Assembly (NCBI GenBank): GCA_041651535.1
Contig: JBAZIZ010000004.1
Span: 90,341 to 147,906, forward strand
DNA: 57,566 nt
Direction: 5' to 3'
From: Patescibacteria group bacterium
Lineage (GTDB): Bacteria; Patescibacteriota; Patescibacteriia; Magasanikbacterales; UBA922
The notes beneath the pieces were generated by a model. That model worked only from the letters and a program-made list of their open reading frames with translations. It had not been told where the DNA came from and did no database searches. Each line of letters opens with the position of its first letter. Position 1 is the stretch's first letter. The position numbers were made by a program, and so were the translations under genes. Positions 45,942-53,947 of this stretch are shown here, piece after piece.

Positions 45942-46703
45942 TTAAATAATATTTTCTTTTTTGATAAATTTCCATTTTCCAACTGGCAAAGTATTTAATC
46001 TTAATTTTTTAATTCTTACTCTTTTTAAAGATTGAACATGATAACCTAAATTACCAAACATTTTTCTGATTTGACGATTTTTACCTTCTTTCAAAATAAC
46101 ATTCAAAAGTGTTCGTCTGCCTTTATTAAATTCTCGTAAAATTTTTATACCTTGAACAAATTCAGTTTTTTCAGCATCCAAAAACATTCCAATTTCTAAA
46201 ACCTTTTTTGCTTTTTTATCTAAAGCTTTGTCAATCATAACTTCGTATTCTTTTTCATGTTCAAAACGAGGATGAGTTAAAATGTTTGTAAGATTTCCAT
46301 CATTTGTCAATAATACTAAACCTTCAGAATCTTTGTCCAAACGTCCTACCGGAAAAACTCTGGTTTTTAAATCTTTTTTTTGTAAATTATTTTCTTTTGT
46401 CAATAAATCTAATACTGTTTTTCCTTGTTCACCACTATTGCTACAAATATAATCGATTGGTTTATTTAAAGCTATATAAACTAAACTATTTTTTTTCTCT
46501 TCTTCGTTTTCATTTTTTAATTTTTTCCATTCTTTATTAAAAAAAACATCAACTCGATCTAAAGATGGATCAACTTTTGTACCTAATTCCGTTGTAACTT
46601 GTCTATTAACTTTTACTTGACCAGAACCAATTAATTCTTCAGCTTGGCGACGAGAACAAATTCCTTGACTGGCAATATATTTTTGTAATCTGATTTTTTC
46701 CAT
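45942..46703 (-). CDS. pseudouridine synthase, RsuA/RluB family
   Basis: S4 domain RLQKYIASQGICSRRQAE and catalytic VGRLDKDSEGLVLLTNDG. Confidence 0.9.
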   Translation of the reverse strand: MEKIRLQKYIASQGICSRRQAEELIGSGQVKVNRQVTTELGTKVDPSLDRVDVFFNKEWKKLKNENEEEKKNSLVYIALNKPIDYICSNSGEQGKTVLDLLTKENNLQKKDLKTRVFPVGRLDKDSEGLVLLTNDGNLTNILTHPRFEHEKEYEVMIDKALDKKAKKVLEIGMFLDAEKTEFVQGIKILREFNKGRRTLLNVILKEGKNRQIRKMFGNLGYHVQSLKRVRIKKLRLNTLPVGKWKFIKKENII

Positions 46704-46712
46704 ATTTTTAAA

Positions 46713-47591
46713 TTAAACCATTTCATTAATAATTCCATCTGTTAAATCATTATTACTAGGTACTATATAATCGACACCTAATTTTTCTGCGACTTTCAGA
46801 TAAACAGATTGACCAATCGCAACGTTATTGGCGAAATCTGGATCTTTCTCATAAAAAGATCTAAGTTTGTCAATTTCTGTTTCTCTTAATTTTTCTACTA
46901 AGAATCTGTAAGTGTTTATGTCTAACTCAAAAGGATGTCCGGGTAACGAACTATCAATAAATTTAAAACCTAATTTTGGTGCAACTATACTTAAAAAGTC
47001 TAAAACACCTGTAATAAAAAATTTTTTTATATTATTATCGTATTTTGTAATATTTTTTTCTAAAAATTCATCTAGTGAGTCCCAGTCTTTTTTTTCATCA
47101 CAAAAACTTTTTTTAAGAAAATTGACACCAAAATCTAATTTCTGTGAATATACCATATTATAATTATTTCCTACTATTATTTCCGTACTGCCTCCACCGA
47201 TATTTGTGGCAGCAAAGTTGTCATCTATATTAAGCAAACCAACAAATCCGTTGTATAAATAAAAAGCTTCCTTTTCATGATCTAAAATCACTACATCGAC
47301 GCCTGTTAATGTCTTTATTTTTGAGATAATTTCCTCGGCTTGTTTTGATTTTCTAAAAAATTCTGTGCCTACCAAGTTCAATTTTTCAACATTTAATTCT
47401 TGATTCAAATCTAAACATTTTTTTATCGTGGACAATAATCTTTCTTCAGTGTCTGGTGACATCTCAGCATCAGCACCCAAATTAACTTCTGAAAAACGTT
47501 GAAAATGTATCAATTCCTTATCAGAATCAAATATTTTAAATATATAATGTTTTAGACTCTTAGTACCAATATCAATAATAGAAATATTCAT
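46713..47591 (-). CDS. Ppx/GppA-family phosphatase (N-terminal actin-like domains only)
   Basis: IIDIGTKSLKH and NIGGGSTEI phosphate-binding motifs. Confidence 0.75.
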   Translation of the reverse strand: MNISIIDIGTKSLKHYIFKIFDSDKELIHFQRFSEVNLGADAEMSPDTEERLLSTIKKCLDLNQELNVEKLNLVGTEFFRKSKQAEEIISKIKTLTGVDVVILDHEKEAFYLYNGFVGLLNIDDNFAATNIGGGSTEIIVGNNYNMVYSQKLDFGVNFLKKSFCDEKKDWDSLDEFLEKNITKYDNNIKKFFITGVLDFLSIVAPKLGFKFIDSSLPGHPFELDINTYRFLVEKLRETEIDKLRSFYEKDPDFANNVAIGQSVYLKVAEKLGVDYIVPSNNDLTDGIINEMV

Positions 47592-47701
47592 AATATTATG
47601 TTAAATATTCCTCAATTATAACAAATTTTCACACAAAAAAGAAGGTTTTACTTTTTAATCTATGGTGCTATAATTAACACAAATTAACTAAAACAAATTT
47701 T

Positions 47702-48109
47702 ATGAACAGCTTTGATCATATCGCAAAAAATCTTCAAAAAGAAAAGAAGGTGGTTTTTACAGCTCAATCTTGCAAAAATTTTCACCAAAGAATGCTAATT
47801 TGTAAACATGCTTTGGAGCAGGGAGTGGTTCCTTTAAACCCATTTAATGTTTTTGGATATTATCTTTATGAATTAGTTGACAGGGATTTAGTGAGAAATG
47901 GAAATAACAACCTTATGAAAAGATGTGATGAATTATGGGTTTATGGAGAAATTAGTGACGGTGTTCTTGCTGAAATTCAAATGTTTAAACAACTAAACAA
48001 ACCTATAAAATTTTTTGACATTTCAAAATTACCTAAGGAAGTTAAAGAAGTTTCTAAAAATGAAGCGATTTTCGAAGATGAAATAAAAGAATTTATTGAT
48101 TCTATTTAA
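47702..48109 (+). CDS. nucleoside 2-deoxyribosyltransferase-like superfamily protein (DUF4406-like)
   Basis: CDELWVYGEISDGVLAEIQMFKQLNKPIKFF resembles the C-terminal motif of this family (from memory). Confidence 0.4.
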   Translation: MNSFDHIAKNLQKEKKVVFTAQSCKNFHQRMLICKHALEQGVVPLNPFNVFGYYLYELVDRDLVRNGNNNLMKRCDELWVYGEISDGVLAEIQMFKQLNKPIKFFDISKLPKEVKEVSKNEAIFEDEIKEFIDSI

Positions 48110-48181
48110 AATCTTTAATCTAAATTCCTTTGACTTTTTGTTATTTTTCCTGTATGTTATAGCTACTTATTTTTCAAAATT

Positions 48182-49510
48182 ATGAAATATAAAGTTATAA
48201 CTTTTGGCTGCCAAATGAATAAAAATGATTCTGAAAGACTAGAATCAATTTTAGAATATCTAAATTTCAAAAAAACCAGAAAAACAGAAGAAGCAAATTT
48301 AGTAATTTTAAATAGTTGTTCAGTTAGAGAATCAGCTGAAAATCGTATTTATGGTTTTGTAAGTAATTTATCTAAAAGAAAAAAAATTGACAACAATTTA
48401 ATTATTGGTGTTTGTGGTTGTTTACCTGGAAGAGATAAAGATAAAAAAATCTACGAAAAAAATTTAAAAGAAAAAGGAGTTGAACTCTATTTTTCCAATC
48501 AAGAAATGATAAAATTACCAGAAATGCTTCATAATTTAAATTCAAAAATAGAAAAAAAAGAATTACCAAAAGATTATTTTAAAATTGAAGCCAAAGCAGA
48601 AACAAATTATAAAGCTTTTGTGCCGGTACAACATGGTTGTAATCAATTTTGTACTTATTGTGTAGTTCCTTATTCACGTGGTTTAGAAATAAATAGAAAA
48701 TTAATTGATATTTTAAATGAAATCAATTGTTTTGACCAAAGAAATTTTAAAGAAATAACTTTGCTTGGAGAAATTATAAATCATTACGTTGCTCCTGATC
48801 CAGAAAATTTTTCTGCTGAAAATCCTTATAAAAAAAATGATTTTGCTAAATTACTTTGGGAAATCAACAAACAAACAAAAAATATTGAAAGAATAAACTA
48901 CACAGCGCCACACCCACTTTATATGGATGCTGAAGTGATTGACGCCCTTACTCTGCCAAAACAAATAAATTATCTACATATTCCAGTTCAGGCTGGCAGT
49001 GATAATATGTTAAAAAAAATGAATCGCAAACACGATCGCCAATTTTTTATTGATATCATTAAAAAAATTAGAGAAAAAAAACCAAATATTGCAATTGGCA
49101 CTGACATGATTGTTGGTTTTTGTGGAGAAACTGCAGAAGATTTTGCAGAAACAATTGATCTTTACAAAAAATGTGATTTTGATATTTGTTATACAGCAAA
49201 ATATTCTGATCGATCTGGTACTTTGGCTAATAAAAATTTTTCTGATGATGTTTCTATTGAAGAAAAGAAAAGACGCTGGTTTGAAATCCAACATTTAATG
49301 GAAAAAATAACTTACCAAAAAAATCAAAAATTTGTTGGCGAAACAGTTTCTGTTTTAGTTGATAAATTTGAAAATGGAAATTGTTATGGCAATTCTAACG
49401 AATTAAAATTAGTAGAATTTCCCAGCGAACATGATTTAACTGGAAAAATAATCAAAGTAAAGATAAACAAAGCTGAAACTTGGATTTTGTACGGAAATAT
49501 TGTATTATAA
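48182..49510 (+). CDS. miaB: tRNA methylthiotransferase MiaB (radical SAM)
   Basis: FGCQMN UPF0004 domain, CNQFCTYCVVP radical-SAM CxxxCxxC, TRAM C-terminus. Immediately upstream of miaA. Confidence 0.85.
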   Translation: MKYKVITFGCQMNKNDSERLESILEYLNFKKTRKTEEANLVILNSCSVRESAENRIYGFVSNLSKRKKIDNNLIIGVCGCLPGRDKDKKIYEKNLKEKGVELYFSNQEMIKLPEMLHNLNSKIEKKELPKDYFKIEAKAETNYKAFVPVQHGCNQFCTYCVVPYSRGLEINRKLIDILNEINCFDQRNFKEITLLGEIINHYVAPDPENFSAENPYKKNDFAKLLWEINKQTKNIERINYTAPHPLYMDAEVIDALTLPKQINYLHIPVQAGSDNMLKKMNRKHDRQFFIDIIKKIREKKPNIAIGTDMIVGFCGETAEDFAETIDLYKKCDFDICYTAKYSDRSGTLANKNFSDDVSIEEKKRRWFEIQHLMEKITYQKNQKFVGETVSVLVDKFENGNCYGNSNELKLVEFPSEHDLTGKIIKVKINKAETWILYGNIVL

Positions 49511-49516
49511 AAGTGT

Positions 49517-50461
49517 ATGAACAAAGAAGACAGAGTAAAATTACAAAAATTAGTAGTGGTGTTAGGACCAACAGCTTCTGGAAAAACAAACTGGAGTTTG
49601 AAAATGTCAAAAAAATTTGATATTGAAGTTATTTCAGCCGATTCTAGACAAATTTACAAAGACATGACTATTGGTACAGCCAAAGAAAATGGCGAGTGGC
49701 GCCGTAATGGACTTCGAAAAACATTCTTTGTAGAAGATGTTCCGCATCATAACATTGATTTTTTAAATCCAGGAAAAAAATTTACTGTAGCTGAATTTCG
49801 CGATCGCAGTGTCAAATACATAAAAATGGCTCATAAAAATAATAAAATACCTTTTTTAGTTGGCGGTACAGGTTTATACATTTCTTCAGTAGTAGATAAT
49901 TTTCATATTCCAAAAATTGAAGAAAATAAACAACTTAGAAAAAGTTTTGAAGAAAAATCTTTAATAGAACTTTTAAATTTATTGGAAAAAATCGATCCAA
50001 AAAGTTTTGAGACAATAGACAAAAAAAATAAACGCCGAGTAATGCGTGCTTTAGAAGTCGCGATTATTTCCGGCGAATCTTTTATAGAACAAAAAAAGAA
50101 AGGTGATAAACTTTTTAATACACTGCAAATTGGTGTATTATGGAATCGTGATGAACTTTATGAAAGAATAAATAAACGTATTGATCAAATGGTAGAAAAA
50201 GGTCTTATTGATGAAATAAAATTTTTACTTAAAAAAGGATATAACTGGAATTTAAATAGTATGAGCGGAATCGGTTATCGTCAATTTAAAGATTATTTAG
50301 AAGGAAAAGACACATTAGAAAATGCCATTGAAAAACTCAAAAGGGACACTCGCCGTTTTGCCAAAAGACAATTAACTTGGTTTAGAAGAGACAAAGATAT
50401 AAAATGGTTTGAAAATTATGATGAAGCCGAAAAAGAAGTAGAAAAATTTTTAAAAAATTAA
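49517..50461 (+). CDS. miaA: tRNA dimethylallyltransferase
   Basis: LGPTASGKT P-loop, ISADSRQIYKDMTIGTAK. Confidence 0.92.
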   Translation: MNKEDRVKLQKLVVVLGPTASGKTNWSLKMSKKFDIEVISADSRQIYKDMTIGTAKENGEWRRNGLRKTFFVEDVPHHNIDFLNPGKKFTVAEFRDRSVKYIKMAHKNNKIPFLVGGTGLYISSVVDNFHIPKIEENKQLRKSFEEKSLIELLNLLEKIDPKSFETIDKKNKRRVMRALEVAIISGESFIEQKKKGDKLFNTLQIGVLWNRDELYERINKRIDQMVEKGLIDEIKFLLKKGYNWNLNSMSGIGYRQFKDYLEGKDTLENAIEKLKRDTRRFAKRQLTWFRRDKDIKWFENYDEAEKEVEKFLKN

Positions 50462-50483
50462 ACAATTTTTGCTAAAAATTATA

Positions 50484-50520
50484 AAAACCTTGTTTATGGA
50501 ATTAAACAAGGTTTTATTTT
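50484..50520. terminator. bidirectional terminator between miaA and ruvA
   Basis: AAACCTTGTTTA/TAAACAAGGTTT 12-bp stem. Confidence 0.75.
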
Positions 50521-50543
50521 AAAAAAATATTGTTTTGACTTTC

Positions 50544-51128
50544 CTAAACTTTTGCTAAATATTTCAAAACTTCACGCAAAATTCCTTCACTGTTTTTATT
50601 TTCTATATCAATTTTTTTTATGACCAATAAAATATCTTCTTTTTTATAACCCATAGAAATTAAAGCATCAATTACTTCTTCCAATTTATCACCGACTAAT
50701 TCTTCGCCATTTGTTTTCAAATCATATTTAGCTACTTTATTTTTTAATTCCACAACTATTCTTTCTGCACTTTTACGACCAATTCCATTTACTTTAATTA
50801 AATAATTTACATCAGCGTTAGCAATCGCTTTTTCAATTTCTTCTATTGAACCTAAATCTAAAATATTGAGTGCACTTTTGGGACCAACACCATTGACTGA
50901 AATTAAAAGTTCAAAAAAGTTTTTTTCTATTAAATTTCTAAAACCAAAAAGATCAATAGAATTTTCTGTAACTTTCATATAAGTAAAGACTTCAATATTT
51001 TCCTCATTGCGTAAACTAAGAAAAAAACTTCCAGAAATATTTATTCTAAAACCAATATTGTTTTCAGTAATTAAATTTATAACTCCGTTTTTTTGTTTTA
51101 AAATTTTTCCTTTTAAATAACAAATCAT
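50544..51128 (-). CDS. ruvA: Holliday junction helicase subunit RuvA
   Basis: MICYLKGKI..., two HhH motifs (GVGPKSALNIL, GIGRKSAERI). Confidence 0.9.
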   Translation of the reverse strand: MICYLKGKILKQKNGVINLITENNIGFRINISGSFFLSLRNEENIEVFTYMKVTENSIDLFGFRNLIEKNFFELLISVNGVGPKSALNILDLGSIEEIEKAIANADVNYLIKVNGIGRKSAERIVVELKNKVAKYDLKTNGEELVGDKLEEVIDALISMGYKKEDILLVIKKIDIENKNSEGILREVLKYLAKV

Positions 51129-51130
51129 AT

Positions 51131-52408
51131 TTATTTTTTTAATTTAGCAAAAATAATACTCATTTTTTCTACCGGTTTTTTTGTTTTTAAAATTATATTA
51201 TAATCAGCTCCTCCATGACCTGATTCTATTTTTTTTCCTTTTTCATTATACATTTCTTTTATAGAAAAAATCAAATCTGGATTTTTTATTTGCATAATTC
51301 TGATATTATCTCCAACTCTGATCGCGTTATGTGGACGAATTAAAACTTCAAAAGTTTGGCCATTTTTTTTGGAATCCAAAACTTCGCCAACAAATTCTTC
51401 TTCACTTTCAATGTGAGTTTCAGTTAAATTTTGTTCTACAGTATCTCGACCAAATAAAAAACCAGTAGTATAACCACGATGTACTAAGTCATCTAAATAT
51501 TTTTTCTTTAAAAATTTTAATTTTGTTTTAATTTTTTTAGGATCTTTTTCTTTAATAATAAAATCAAAAGCTTCCCGATAAGCTTTGACAACTGTAGCTA
51601 GATAAGCTGGACTTTTTGCTCGTCCTTCAATTTTAAAACTACTTATTCCAGCTGACATCATTTCTGGTAAATATTCTATAAAACACATATCTTTGGAATT
51701 AAAGATATAAGTTCCATGTGAATCTTCTTCAACTGGAATATTTAAATTAGGTCTTTTTGGTTCAGTTATATTTGCTTCAATAATTTTGGCGTCTTTTATT
51801 TTGTAAGCCCAGCGACAAGGTTGGACACAATCTCCTAAATTTGCCGAACGGCCAACAAGCCAAGAACTAAGCATACAACGTCCAGAATAACTCATACACA
51901 TTGCGCCATGAACAAAATATTCAAGTTCACAACGAGGATTTTTTTGAGAAATTTCTTTTATTTCTTCTAAAGTCGTTTCGCGACCAAGAATTATTCTTTC
52001 AAAACCATTTTTATGCCAAAATTTTACTGTGGCAAAATTTGTAGCGTTGGCTTGAGTAGATAAATGTTTTTTAATTTTTGGACAATATTTTTTTGTCAAT
52101 TCAAAAACTCCTGGATCTGAAATTATTAGAGCATCAGGTTGCCACTCATTAATTTTTTTTAAATATTTTGGTAATGCTTCTAAATGATGATTGTGAGCTA
52201 CAATATTTACTGTTATATAAACTTTCTTTTTTATTTTATGAGCGTAGTCAATAATTTCTTTGACATCATTTAAATCAAATTTGTTTATTCTAACTCGCAA
52301 AGAAAAATCAGGTATTCCTAAATAAACAGCATCAGCACCATAAGCAAAAGCATATTTAGCTTTTTCTAAACTTCCAGCTGGAGCTAAAAGTTCAATCTTT
52401 TTTTTCAT
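51131..52408 (-). CDS. peptidase U32 family protein (RlhA/TrhP-type)
   Basis: ELLAPAGSLEKAKYAFAYGADAVYLG N-terminus and E.FVHGAMCMSYSGRC motif. Confidence 0.85.
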   Translation of the reverse strand: MKKKIELLAPAGSLEKAKYAFAYGADAVYLGIPDFSLRVRINKFDLNDVKEIIDYAHKIKKKVYITVNIVAHNHHLEALPKYLKKINEWQPDALIISDPGVFELTKKYCPKIKKHLSTQANATNFATVKFWHKNGFERIILGRETTLEEIKEISQKNPRCELEYFVHGAMCMSYSGRCMLSSWLVGRSANLGDCVQPCRWAYKIKDAKIIEANITEPKRPNLNIPVEEDSHGTYIFNSKDMCFIEYLPEMMSAGISSFKIEGRAKSPAYLATVVKAYREAFDFIIKEKDPKKIKTKLKFLKKKYLDDLVHRGYTTGFLFGRDTVEQNLTETHIESEEEFVGEVLDSKKNGQTFEVLIRPHNAIRVGDNIRIMQIKNPDLIFSIKEMYNEKGKKIESGHGGADYNIILKTKKPVEKMSIIFAKLKK

Positions 52409-52410
52409 AA

Positions 52411-53370
52411 TTATTTTTTATTACGCGAATGGCGGATCAATCCTCCAACCGGCAAAATTTCTATACCTTTTTTTTCTAATTCATCCAAAAATAAATTCAT
52501 ACCAAGTGAATCTGAAGCCATATGACCAGCAATCAAAACATTCATATAATATTCATTTGCAACTTTTCTAGCACCATCACGCATATGCATGCCAACAACA
52601 GTACTTACACCATAATTAGATAATTCTTTATATAAACTATCCGCTGGGTTGGTACCGCCAGTCATTTCCATAATCCATTTACCAACTTTATTTCTTTTAT
52701 TACCTGCAAAGATATAAGGTCCAGCTCCTCGTTTTTTTGCTTCAGCATATTCAGGAATTTCTAATAACAAATCGACCATTTCACCCAAAGTTTCTGGTTT
52801 CATTTTTGTAAAATATTTTTGTAAATATTCATGAACTAAATTATCAGTAATTGTGTGAATATTTAATAAATTTACTTTTAATAATTTTGCCATGTCAATA
52901 ATTTTGTAATGATTTGAAGGATGAACACTGCGACTAACTTCAGAAATTCTTTCTTCCATAATTTTTTCCGCAACATGAACAGGAATGCCAGCATCTTCAA
53001 AAATATCAATTTGCATATTCATCACAGCGTGTAAATCTGCTAAACTTTTTCCAATTGGATGATGCGCAATCACTAAATCAATTTTTTGATTTCTTTCACC
53101 AAGTTGACTAGCAAGTAAAAGTTCACTTTCAGCGATATCAATACCAGTTAAAATTCTTTTTACTTCTGTTTTACCGTCATCATTATGTATTCTAGAATCA
53201 GCATAAGGATTAGTTAACATTTCTTTATCAAAAAATTTTTGCTCATTTTTTGACAAATTTTCATAATCTTTTTGAATATTTTGCAAATACTTTTTAATAG
53301 CATTTACGCCACGTGGATCACTTTTTAGACCCATTTTTAAAGCGAGATCAAAAATTTCTTTTACTTTCAT
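52411..53370 (-). CDS. NIF3-family (YbgI/YqfO-like) dinuclear metal-centre protein
   Basis: IDLVIAHHP and AGHMASD motifs in NIF3-like spacing. Confidence 0.6.
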   Translation of the reverse strand: MKVKEIFDLALKMGLKSDPRGVNAIKKYLQNIQKDYENLSKNEQKFFDKEMLTNPYADSRIHNDDGKTEVKRILTGIDIAESELLLASQLGERNQKIDLVIAHHPIGKSLADLHAVMNMQIDIFEDAGIPVHVAEKIMEERISEVSRSVHPSNHYKIIDMAKLLKVNLLNIHTITDNLVHEYLQKYFTKMKPETLGEMVDLLLEIPEYAEAKKRGAGPYIFAGNKRNKVGKWIMEMTGGTNPADSLYKELSNYGVSTVVGMHMRDGARKVANEYYMNVLIAGHMASDSLGMNLFLDELEKKGIEILPVGGLIRHSRNKK

Positions 53371-53464
53371 ATTTTTTATAATTAAAACAAATTATGCTCT
53401 TATCTTAGCAATAAAAAAATAAAAAGTCAAAAACAATTTAAAATCATTTATCCCCTGTTTTTTC

Positions 53465-53493
53465 TTGACAAAAAACCTATTTTCAAATATAAT
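53465..53493 (+). promoter_or_regulatory. consensus promoter TTGACA-17-TATAAT
   Basis: TTGACA 53465-53470, 17-nt spacer, TATAAT 53488-53493. The GGAGG SD is at 53517-53521. Confidence 0.6.
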
Positions 53494-53528
53494 AATGCGC
53501 ACGTGTTTATTTTTTTGGAGGAAACAAA

Positions 53529-53696
53529 ATGTTTAAAAAAAGGCCGCCACATGAAGTGGCAAAAATTTGTAAAAAAAGGCAAATGTCGTTGAAGGAGTAT
53601 GGTTCTGAGGAAAGTTTCATTGAAAACGATGAGACTGAAGAAGAACCTACTTCGGACGATGAAGAAGAGACGGTTTTTGAAAAAAACTTCTCTTAA
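53529..53696 (+). CDS. 55-aa peptide, basic N-terminus and acidic C-terminus
   Basis: TGGAGGAAACAAAATG SD. MFKKRPPHEVAKICKKRQMSLKEYGSEESFIENDETEEEPTSDDEEETVFEKNFS. Not in the track (short). Confidence 0.45.
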   Translation: MFKKRPPHEVAKICKKRQMSLKEYGSEESFIENDETEEEPTSDDEEETVFEKNFS

Positions 53697-53733
53697 AAAC
53701 ACAAAAAACACATTTTTAATAAAGGAGGAAAAA

Positions 53734-53832
53734 ATGTGCAGAAACACGAATTCAGAAAATTCTTCTGAGCTAACGCCAGAAGAATGGGAGAAAATCAAAG
53801 AAGCAGTGGGCAAAACACCACCTGGCTTCTAA
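53734..53832 (+). CDS. 32-aa peptide MCRNTNSENSSELTPEEWEKIKEAVGKTPPGF
   Basis: AAAGGAGGAAAAAATG SD at an internal Met of track ORF 53599..53832. Confidence 0.4.
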   Translation: MCRNTNSENSSELTPEEWEKIKEAVGKTPPGF

Positions 53833-53858
53833 AAATTTTCTCTTATTTCTGAGATTAC

Positions 53859-53885
53859 AGGCTCATTGATTTGAGCCTTTTTTTA
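53859..53885 (+). terminator. terminator of the two-peptide operon
   Basis: AGGCTCA-TTGATT-TGAGCCT followed by T7. Confidence 0.75.
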
Positions 53886-53947
53886 TTACAAAAAAAACAG
53901 TCATAATTTTATGGCTGTTTTTTCTTGTTTAGTAACTCAATTTTTTT

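Noticed and set aside
53448-53813. 121-aa minus-strand ORF in the track.
   Set aside because: It is antisense to two SD-led peptides with their own promoter and terminator. It is F/L/S-rich shadow-frame composition with no start context.
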